A stretch of 64,000 bases of DNA, taken from NCBI GenBank assembly GCA_002633005.1, contig NMRA01000791.1, positions 1 through 64,000 on the forward strand. The letters run 5' to 3'. Numbering within the stretch: position 1 is the stretch's first letter; every line of letters begins with the position of its first letter. Below the pieces are notes generated by a model. It was not told the DNA's origin. It did no database searches and was given only the letters and a program-made list of their open reading frames with translations. The translations under genes were made by a program, and so were the position numbers. Shown here piece after piece: positions 28,201 through 40,200 of the stretch. The stretch comes from Phoronis australis. Its lineage: Eukaryota; Animalia; Phoronida.

Positions 28201-31200
28201 TGATGTTCAAATATGATACTTGCATTTATGAAGCTTTAAAAAACAGTTTTAGTTATTTTTGAAAATTACCACTTTTTTACTTTGTGCCACTACACCAGAC
28301 TTGTCAACTTTTGTTACCGTACCACAGCTTAGTGATCATGCTACGTTTACAAATCAAATGAAAGCTACCTATATGCAATTAAACTACAAAAAATATGAAG
28401 TTCATCAGAAGGCTGGCTTAACTTAAATGTTTTGTATGGTGCACTGAATTACGGCAACTCCTGACATTAAAGGCGAAGGCAACCTTTTTTATGTCCTTTT
28501 TATTAAAAATAAGGTTTGCTGGTTATCCCATACATATTTTCACCTTAATTACGGGTTTTGTAATTTGATTAATTATTCGTTCTATACTCTGGAAGTGACG
28601 TTTTGGGAGGCAAGAATTTCCCGCCTATTTCTTTTCGTATAGTCTGACTATGAGAGTTGCCCAGTCAGTCATTGTTCTATCTCGCGGTTTTGTAAAGCTC
28701 GGTCATCTTGTGCTTTTGTTTACAAGTCAGTCAACATGCCACACTGTTGCTGCATATCGGGATGTACTCATTATCGTTCCACGGACAGAGGAACAACTGT
28801 CCCACTTGCCCGAGTGTCCGCGACACACTCCCACCGATAGTGACTTGAGCACACAAACTGCTTACACATCGCCGTGTGACACCCTCGGCCCACACTTGGC
28901 ACCTTCTAAATTGCTCCAATACTTTAGACAAGTCCACAATAAACTCATCAAAGTTTGGCTCACCGATCTGTTCATAGAACGACGAACTGTCCTCTTCACT
29001 GGGTGTCGAACGGGGCCTGCATTCACTCCCACTACTCAATATCACAGCAGGGCTGCTTACAGGCTTTGGGCCATAATGAGTACATCCCGGTAGGCAGCAA
29101 CATTGCGGCATGTTTACTGACTCTTAAACAAAAGCAAACGACGACTGAACTTATGACAACGGAGGTAGATCTATGACTGACTCGTCAACGCTCATATACG
29201 GGAAAAAGAAATTGGCGCGAAATCCTTGCCTCCTAAAACGTCACTTCCGGAGTAGAAAACGAATAATTAATCAAATTACGAAAGCTGTAATTAAGTGGAA
29301 AATATGTCTGAGATAATCAACGAACCTTGTTTTTGCTAAAAATGACATGACAATAGGTTGAGTTCGCCTTTAATTTGACTTGGATACAGCCCTAGACCTA
29401 GGGTAAGATGAGCACATGTATGTGTCTGAGCTACTGTATGAACCTGATTTTAATCAAAATATTTCGCTTGAAGATTTCCCCGTCATTTTTGACGGACTTT
29501 TCATTTGGCGGAATTTAGCAGACGGCAGAAGAAAAATATCGGCGACTCTTCATTGATTTTGTACATACCCAGCTTAACATGAACATATCGCATCAGTGGC
29601 TTTGTCAGTTTTCGAGTGAAGGTGAACCCCGGTGGAATTTCTTCGGAATTTCACTGGCTCCAAAATAGTTTTCCTCGAACACTTATTTTTTCATCCTCGC
29701 CTTAACAAATTCCCATATCACAAACGTACGATTATCAGCTGAAAATTATCAACTGCTTTGTTTGTTGAAGCGTGTACGGGAAGTGCAAAAAACACCCATC
29801 GATTCCACCAGGAACGTCGTTTAGCGACGGTGCATTGGCCTCTGACATCTTGTTTGTTTGTCCGGTGCCAAGTGACTTTTCGCAAGGGTGCGGAGCTTGC
29901 GATAGGTCAATAGAGGAGTTGCAACCGAATCAATTTAACGATTCTGCATGTCCGGAAATCAGGGTGCGCAAAGGCTATTGGCCATCCACACAGTTTGATC
30001 CATCGTTTATACAGTCGACAACACTTTTCGGCATAGGGAATGCCCAAAAAATGACGGCCTGTATTCTTCTCGAGCTGTCAGAACAACAACCGCTTCATCA
30101 ACACCGTTTCGACATTCTTATCGCACAATATTTTTAGCTATAAATTAAAATAAGCTTTTCCGACAACGACATTGTTTGTCGGGTAAAATGGCGGCTTGGA
30201 AAGGCAGACGAAGGTGTTTCAAGTTTCCTGCGTTCTGATTGGTTAGTTAAACCCTCAGTCATAATCGTGGCGATAGGTAAATTGATTGAGAGAAAATGGG
30301 TGTGGACCCCCGAGGAAGGTTAAGCATGAATTTATCAACCCCTATAATTGTGTAGAGCTGAGTCGTTCGTATTAAAAAAATCGTGCATAACATCTCCTAG
30401 AAAATGTCTGTTGGTTGGTTGGGACTATCTCTGGAGTGCTAATTCATGTTTTCCTCTTTCACAAAAACTAACATGAGCAGAAAATGATAAAATAATTGTA
30501 TCTATAACGTATCTGTCCTAATTAAAATCACCGTGGTATTCAACAAAATTGTTTTGCTCCGACAGATTGTGTGTTTTGCACATTTTTAAAATATATGTCT
30601 GACAAATAGTATACCATTTAAATATTATCATTTATGTTATTCTAAATTAAAGTACATCGTGTTACATAACATTTCAAACTGATGGAAATGAAATGTTAGG
30701 TTTGTAGATAATCCAAGCTAAGTGTTTCTTTTTCAAGAGATAGAACTAAATTACAGTTCTGCTAGATGGGAGACGGATCCCGCTCGAAACAAATGCAAGA
30801 TTAATAATATCGTATCTAAATTAAACCTGTTGAAACGGAGAGTCTTGACAATACTTTATCGTTTATCAGTGGTGGCACGATTTATTGCGTAACGTATACT
30901 CTAGCACGTCGCGCGGTCTGTAATCGCAACGTAGTCTAGCCGCTACAAGAGTCTGCGTAACCGACCAAAACACCGTGAAAACTTGTTGGCGGTTCACATA
31001 CAGCAAACACACCCCACATGAGCATCGGAAGGCTCGAAGAGAAAAGAAGGTCTGAATGAAGCAGCACATCATGCAATTCTGACTATATACAACCGACAGT
31101 GCAGGGAAGCGCTCGTGAACTTACTGGCCTACACAATCACGAACTAAGGGATAGGTGGCTATAAAGTTCACCTTTTCAGCCGTACATGTACTTTAGTGAG

Positions 31201-34200
31201 GCTCTACGAAAAAGCGCCACTCCCTGGCTGGTTGCATTAGCTTCCCCACGTAATAATTGATAACCTGTCCAGTATTTTTATCCCCATTATTCTACTGCTT
31301 TCTCAAAGTAACTAACTGTCGCCATCATTCGAACAAATCGGAACCGAATCAAATTAGTGCAGTGTTGTTATCGTCCACAGCCATTGGCATGAACTCCGAC
31401 CTGTATCTAATTTGGTCAGTACGCCCCCATACAGGAAAAGCACCAGAGGCATCCTATTTGAGACGAATTTCATAAAGAAAACTTATTTTTGTGATTTAGT
31501 GTTGGATTTACAGCCTCTTCATAGTAAGCCCTCTTGAAAATTTCCAGGTGTTACGCTACTGTTGGCAAGAAAACAAACAGATTTCCAGAACACTGGGTTT
31601 CGGGTGTCAACCTTGGTAGCAGTGGNCAATATTTTTAGCTATAAATAAAATAAGCTTTTCCGACAAGGACATTGTTTGTCGGGTAAAATGGCGGCTTGGA
31701 AAGGCAGACGAAGGTGTTTCAAGTTTCCTGCGTTCTGATTGGTTAGTTAAACCCTCAGTCATAATCGTGGCGATAGGTAAATTGATTAAGAGAAAATGGG
31801 TGTGGACCCCCGAGGAAGGTTAAGCATGAATTTATCAACCCCTATAATTGTGTAGAGCTGAGTCGTTCGTATTAAAAAAATCGTGCATAACATCTCCTGG
31901 AAAATGTCTGTTGGTTGGTTGGGACTATCTCTGGAGTGCTAATCCATGTTTTCCTCTTTCACAAAAACTAACATGAGCAGAAAATGATAAAATAATTGTA
32001 TCTATAACGTATCTCTCCTAATTAAAATCACCGTGGTATTCAACAAAATTGTTTTGTTCCGACAGATTGTGTGTTTTGCACATTTTTAAAATATATGTCT
32101 GACAAATAGTATACCATTTAAATATTATCATTTATGTTATTCTAAATTAAAGTACATCGTGTTACATAACATTTCAAACTGATGGAAATGAAATGTTAGG
32201 TTTATCTTGAAACGTAGATAATCCAAGCTAAGTGTTTCTTTTTCAAGAGATAGAACTAAATTACAGTACTGCTAGATGGGAGACGGATCCCGCTCAAAAC
32301 AAATGCAAGATTAATAATATCGTATCTAAATTAAACCTGTTGAAACGGAGAGTCTTGACAATACTTTATCGTTTATCAGTGGTGGCACGATTTATTGCGT
32401 AACGTATACTCTAGCACATCGCGCGGTCTGTAATCGCAATGTAGTCTAGCCGCTACAAGAGTCTGCGTAACCGACCAAAACACCGTGAAAACTTGTTGGC
32501 GGTTCACATACAGCAAACACACCCCACATGAGCATCGGAAGGCTCGAAGAGAAAAGAAGGTCTGAATGAAGCAACACATCATGCAATTCTGACTATATAC
32601 AACCGACAGTGCAGGGAAGCGCTCGTGAACTTACTGGCCTACACAATCACGAACTAAGGGATAGGTGGCTATAAAGTTCACCTTTTCAGCCGTACATGTA
32701 CTTTAGTGAGGCTCTACGAAAAGGCGCCACTCCCTGGCTGGTTGCATTAGCTTCCCCACGTAATAATTGATAACCTGTCCAGTATTTTTATCCCCATTAT
32801 TCTACTGCTTTCTCAAAGTAACTAACTGTCGCCATCATTCGAACAAATCGGAACCGAATCAAATTAGTGCAGTGTTGTTATCGTCCACAGCCATTGGCAT
32901 GAACTCCGACCTGTATCTAATTTGGTCAGTACGCCCCCATACAGGAAAAGCACCAGAGACATCCTATTTGAGACGAATTTCATAAAGAAAACTTATTTTT
33001 GTGATTTAGTGTTGGATTTACAGCCTCTTCATAGTAAGCCCTCTTGAAAATTTCCAGGTGTTACGCTACTGTTGGCAAGAAAACAAACAGATTTCCAGAA
33101 CACTGGGTTTCGGGTGTCAACCTTGGTAGCAGTGGAGACGCGTGTCTGGATGTAAGTTTTCAATGTATTTCGTAAATTAAAACAAAACCGGCCTCCGCAA
33201 TCGTCTGCTTGCACACGTCACAAATAGCACTAAGGAATACTTAATGTTTAAGCGTGACCGATGAACTGTTTTGGAAATTCGAAGTTTCTACATTGTTGTA
33301 TGCTGTCAATAACTAGCAGACGGCATTCTATGTGCTTGTCTTCGTAGACGTTATTTCCACAGGAAGATTTGCACAGATTCGAGGTTGTCTCCAGAAGTTA
33401 GCCCCTTAGCGGCTCGATTCCTCTTGACATGTGACATGCACCAACTTACGCTTTCTCTTGGTATAACCGTGCTTGTTGAAGTGCTCAAGGCAAAGAAACA
33501 CCTTTAAAAGACGTTTCTATCTTAAACTAAAACAATCCGGAACGTTATTGTACATAATTTGTGTTTTTTAGAAAATTCCACATACCATTTCGTCTTTCAC
33601 TCACTTCTTTACAGCCTTCATTCATTAAATTTGCGATTGCTTCAGATTGGGACATTAGTCACCTTCAAATTAGGCTTACATGTATGTATTCATCAACGTA
33701 AAAATAACCTAAAGCGTTATCTTTCATATTTCTATTTTAAAAAAGGTATATTCCAATGGGTCTCTTCCTTATTTTTAATTGCGAATGTTTCAGATTGGGA
33801 CAGTCATACATGAAATTGGTCACGCTATCGGCCGATGGCACGAGCAGAGTCGCGAAGATCGAGGAGCCTTTGTAGATTTCAACATTGACACTTCGGGAGA
33901 TGCTTCGCAGTATTGGGTTAGCTCTGGGGAATATAGAGGACGTTCCTTCGTACCTTACGACTATACCAGCATAATGCATTATGGTTCAAGGGTACGGTTA
34001 TAGATCTTGCACTGCTTATACGATCATGTACGAAAAGTGGTGTGCGAAAATTGTTGAGTGGATATACTATTAATTAAAATATACAGAGTCAACTATATTC
34101 ATTACGACGTGCTATAAGACATGGTTTTACACGAATCGCCTTTCCGGGTTTATATAAGTTTTCACTTGTTCATCTTTACCAGTTGTTGCAGAAGATCATG

Positions 34201-37200
34201 ATCTCTCATTTGGAACTTTACTTATTGCATTAATACATCACAAATGATATGTGTATTCTTGTATCAACGTCATGTTGCTTTGTGACATAATGTTCAATGT
34301 TCTCTGCAGGGTTTTGCAATAATAAACGAAGACGCCATGCAGGCCCTAGACGCAGATTTAACTTTCTTAATGAACGGCGCCGGATTATTGTCGTATTACG
34401 ACCAGAAAGTTCTAAACCTAGCCTATAATTGTTCCCGTAAGTATAACTCGACCAAAACAATCAAGTCTATCTGCTGTCTTAATTAATGTGATCCCTTCCT
34501 CGCCGAATTGCTGTCGAAACGATTACAAAAATTGTTTTGCGTCGTGAAAAAAATACTGGCTGTCAACTTCAATTTAGCGCGATTAAGAATGATTCCATAT
34601 AAAAACCATATGAAAATGAAAAATCACTATATACTCTAAAATTCATACAGAGCTAATACTGTGTGCATGTGTTGGGATGCTGGCCAAAAGTATACTGCTG
34701 CACTATTTGCACTCAATGACCTTTGGTTACCGAGATATGATTTATTTGCCTACAAGGTCATATTTTGAATTTTTTCATGTCAGTAAAACTGCATTTTTTG
34801 AATGGCAAAAAATCAGACTTTGACAACTGGTGACAAGGTTTGACATCGATGGTCATAAAGACTCATGTAAGATTAGCAAGGAAATGTAATTTGCAACTCA
34901 TAGGTACAATTAAATTTCCAGCAGGGGAGAAAACTCCGAGACCACATTTCAGGCCAGCCACAAGTGGCAAGATGTTGCTTAACCTGCCTGCTATATCGGA
35001 ATATATTTGAAGTTGAAATTCTCTGTGTATACACTTCTAAGATTGAACTTTGATAATTGTTTGTAAAAAACTTGTCTCTAAATATTTAGTGCTAAACGTG
35101 GCCGTCGAATTTTTGTGATGTGGCCTTACTCTGACTGACAAGAGAATTGAGGCTACTCTTTTAGTTTAGAGATATCACCTAAAATATATGATCAAATATC
35201 AACAATGCAATATCACAAATATTTAAATTTCACTTTTGAGACCCCAATTTTCTTAAACACTGCATGCTTTGTTTAACTTTACCAATACCACTTTAGGGTT
35301 TGAGATTACATGCACTTCCTGCCACTACAAAGAAAATGGAGGAATTTTCTTCTTGTACATTCGGTCAATTTTCGTTAAATAAGTGCGATCGCGGAGGAAA
35401 TGTGGCCTTAATTAGCTGTGTTAAAGACGTCAGAAGTCATCTGAGGTCGTGCAAAGTGCCACAGAAGTTTGAAATTATATCGGAATTACAGCTGATTCTT
35501 GCCAGAGCGAGAGCTAGGAGGTTGGACTGGCAAACCAATGGAAATGCGTCGTTATATACTTTACACATCGACATGAGTTTGGAGTTGGCTTTAGACAAAA
35601 ATTGACGTGTTGTATCCAGAACACACAGCATATTGTCAGAGGGATAAACCAGGAACAAGCAAAACAGTATCTGATGTCATCTCTCACCCCACACCATGTT
35701 TTGGTTGTAATGGTTTTTGCAATGAAGTTCATACCCATCAGTTTCCGTGAAGCACAGTCCGACTGGTTTGGAAAAAGATTCTCATGGCACTTGGCGGCTT
35801 GTATAACAAAGAATTGCGAAAGCCATCAGGTAAAAATAAATCCTCAATTAGTATTCAAGGTGTTACAAAGTAATTCTCAGATGTGACCAATATTAAATAG
35901 AAAGCCAGTGATGAACAATGTTGTTGCCTTTACATCTTTTTAGTATATTGGTTTACTGTAACAGTACAAGATACAGGGAGTGTACACTTAATATCTAGTC
36001 TTTTTCTTGCCATTTCCCAACAAAAGCTTGACAGTGATGCATTGTTTGTCTCTTAGTAGATTTTGCACAAAAACCTTCATTTTAGCCATTTTTTACTTAT
36101 AGATGATTTTCATATCTTTGTGAAGGGGGAAATTTCCGCCCTCCCTAGAAATGTTTTGAAGGCGCTACTGACTAACCGTGTTGAGACAAACCATGTTTGA
36201 TGTTGAGTGGTGTGATTGCATTTTAGGTGGTAATAAGATGTACTAAGGTAGTTCTTTAAACTAGCTGACCTATTTGAGTTACATAATTGTTGTATTTCAG
36301 GTACATACTTATATCCAACGACGTTTAAAATGCAGTCGACCTGAAACATGCGTTAGAGTCTAGAGGTGGTGTCAAAGGCTGTTATGTGTCAGCCTGTAGT
36401 GTAAATGTCCCAAAGGTCCTTCCCGAGAACAGTATCCCATGGATAAGTTTGGTGACAAACTTCGAGTATTCCACCGATGGCATTCGAGCATGGAATGCCT
36501 ATAGAGTAGTGGAGGGAAAACTTGTCATCAACAATTCATGTAAACTGTTGCCTCTGAAAAGTCTTGACCTTGCAACAATCGAGTGTTTTACAACTCCAAA
36601 GGTTGAGTCGGGGCTGGTATCCCGTGAACGTCATACGAAGTTCACATGCACACACTATGGGTGCTCGAAATATTTTCCTACTAATGCTGACCTAAATGAG
36701 CACTTGGGTGTTGGTGCTCATTCATCATCCCTCCAGAACGAGACTCAGTTCGACCACATTTTAAGACAATCTGAGATGTTATCTACTACCACAGCTGTAT
36801 CATCACCTGTGTTGTCTTCCGTTTACGTTGTTGATCAAGTCGCCGCAGGATTGGGCCCTGAAAAGTACTAGGAAAGCGGTCTGGTTCTCTGAGAAGGTAA
36901 AGACTTAGCCCAGTGATGCATTTTCTGAAGGTGAACAGTCAGGCAGAAAAGAACAACCAGCTGAGGTTATAAAGATGATGCGAGAAGCCAGGAATAAGCA
37001 AGGAAAAGTTTCTCCTCCGAAGAGTGGCTGTCGGAGCAGCAGATTGCTGGATTTTTCTCCCGTATGGTTGCCGCGTCTCGAATCGGAAATATTCAGAATA
37101 CTGAAGATGCTGATGATGCTGCTGCCCACCAATTTGCCTCAATGAATGAGTTGGAGCTTGAAGTTATGAATGAGTTATCATCATAAACTGTAGGAAATGA

Positions 37201-40200
37201 TGAACATGTTTTAGTTGTTGTCTATTCTTATGATATTGTCAGATTTGGTCATCATTATCGTAGCTAGTAGGGAACTGGGGACCACCCTGGGCGAAATTGG
37301 GGAACATAAAAAATGACGCAAATTAGGAGCTTCCATGGGGGAGAGATTTGAGTGGTGACCGTTTGGGGAAAATAATCCAAGAAAACTGATGGTCAACATT
37401 GAAATCTTCTGTCACTTTTTACTAGCGTTTTTATGTTCAGTTTGAGACTCGTAAAGCATACTTTTTTACATGATTGATTCTATTGAAGATTTTTAAAGGA
37501 GAGATTACATAGTTTTGAGAAACGTCTATCTTAGACATGTGTATTGAGCAAAATAGAAGGAATTTGTGTTTCAGTAGCTCTTGTTTTCTTCAAACAAAAT
37601 GCAGTTTTTTTGAAGTGCTGTAGAAATGCATCATACGCTAAACCTAACATACCTTCAAGAAAGTGTGGTTTTGAGTTCGGAACGGAATTAACATATTGTG
37701 AAACTTTTAGCTAGTAAGTTGCAACAACACACAATTGCCTAAATACTGGTTTGGAAAGTCGTTATCTTGGAAATCACTGAAAGTATCATGTTTTCAATCG
37801 TAAATATTCGTACCTATTATTTTTTCTGAAATTGCAAATTCCATTGGCGCACTGCCACCATGCTCGGCCGCTTTTGTGTAGTACAAGAAGCACTGCGTGA
37901 CATTTTGTATGTCCAATAACAAGACACTTCTGCTCGTATCCACCGTCCTCTTTTCACTTGTGATCTCAAAGATCTTGATTAGTTTTAGTATGAACTTTGC
38001 TAATAGTTTGAGAGGAATTTTTCAAGCGCATATACAGGATTTGCCCAGGAGGTCTGAAAATGGACCAGCATGCACTACAGGCAGTGCGTGGGATTCTTAG
38101 TCAATTACGGTGTTTGAAAACTGCCCAAACAATGGGTAATGGGCACCCTTAATAAGAATAAAACCTGCTTCTCTGAAGTATGAGATGGTGATGGGTTATA
38201 TTATTAACTCATAAGTACATTAAAATTGACTTTTTTGATTTCTGTAATCCTATAACAATTTTTTTATTTTTGCATCAGCAAAACTGAAAATACGCGAAGA
38301 AAAAATCTCTCATACAGCTTCCCATGATCTCCTTCGTTACTGATGTAGCAAAACGAATGATATTTGTTCTATTTGGCATCTTGGTCGATAGATAATTGCA
38401 CAATCGAGTAGCGCCTCCCACAGTCTTTTAATCAAACTTACAGTCACATATTTGCAGAAAAGTGTGTGAGTTATGTAAAAAACTGACTGCACAAAAACTA
38501 TGAAAGAGACAAGATTTTTTATTCTTGCGTTGGGCTGAACAAAGACAGCAGTAACAGATAGAAGTTAACTCATGTTCCAAAAGAATCCGATATAGATTTG
38601 GGTGAGTGATAAAAATGCGTAAAAATGGCCTTAATAATAAGCAGTGAAAATGATATTTATGTAGGCTAAAATGGGAGGACATAGAAAAACAATAAATTCA
38701 TTCTAACAAGTTTTTCTCTTGTATGTTATTCTTTCTTCTTTCTGCTACATAGTTTTTTTTCAATAGCGTGAAGCGATTATGTGCTGTTGCTGACAAAAAT
38801 TCAACTACTTCCATGTGCTGTTATTTTGCTATTTTTCATAAAAAGTACAAAGTGGTCGTATAATGGGTTAAAAAACTCGGAAACTCTTAAGAATTCAGGC
38901 TCAGGTTTCTTTTGACAAGGCCATCTGACGTGTTAAGTTTCAAAAAAAAATGGTGATTTGCATATATAGCCCACCATCTGGTTTTTATATGGAATCGCTC
39001 TTAATTCTTGATAGTCATTCGACGTAAATTGATCTAATACATGATATTTTCGAGTGCTTGGAACTTCCGATTAAAGACATTGGCGCTTTACCCATTATAT
39101 GATTTAGTGAAAATTCGCGTGGTTTGGTTGCAATCAGAACTGTAAATGTAATAATTACCGAGAATTTCTCAGTTATCACATTTGCGGTTGAGATTGGCAA
39201 CATTTTTATAACGACGTGAGGTAATATGGTCACCTCTTAAAGCTCAATATTCTATTCAGTTTTAAGAAATTAAAAAAAAACAAAACAATAAACCACTCTA
39301 TTCAGATTAGGACTCTGATTAATTGCTTTTCACTGACACGCTTTTCTAAAAGAGAAGCCTTTATTATTATTGGAAATGATATCTCATTAAATATGAATTA
39401 CAACCGCCCTTTGTCTGACAGAGATGTGAGGAGACCGTTCCAAGAAACTGACTTAAGTTCATTATTTAAGTATAACATTTGTCTCAAGTTGTAAACTTGA
39501 AACTTTCACATCCGGTAAGTTAGTCTTAGTCAAAACAAAACTTAAGTCAAAAAGTTAAGTTAAACTTGAGTTCTCTTTCTTGAAATAGACTTAGACAATT
39601 TAAAGTTTTAACTTAAAATTGGCAGAAATTTAAGATTTTTCTTAGTTAAGTCAGTTTTCTTTGAACGGGCCTCAAGAATGTAATAGACAATTTGAACATT
39701 TAAAAAGCTTTTGGGTCTGATGAAATTTCAAATAAAATGATGGAGTCGGGTGATATTTTTGACTTTCTTGTCAGTTATACGAACTCATGTTACCCTACCG
39801 GTATGTTACTATCTGTAAGGTTGTAACCTATTGTTGTAATAATCCCTAAGAGCTCTAATTATGATGCATTGGTTCCGTTAAATTTCAAGGTCATGAGCAT
39901 GCAAACTTTCATCGGCAAGGTTTATTCTAGTTTGTTATGCCCAATCTAGTAAGTCGCTAGTGGATGAGCAAACTGGTTTAGAAAAAAATCAATCCTGTCA
40001 GGACCAAAAGTTTGTTTTATCATCCATTATAACAAACCGACTAAAATTAAAGAAAAGCAGATTTTCGTGACTTATTGACTTTCAAAAGGCTCTCGACTGG
40101 ATGAAAACAGACTGTCTCTTGAAACTGCTTGACAAACAAGTTGTTGAGAATCTCTATTTTGCGTTTAAGGCTCTCCTCGCGAACATGTGTGCGTGTATTC

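Noticed and set aside
31548-31625. Mutually exclusive duplicate of astacin exon 4
   Set aside because: It is truncated exactly at the single-N join of two near-identical blocks, which is best explained as an assembly artefact.
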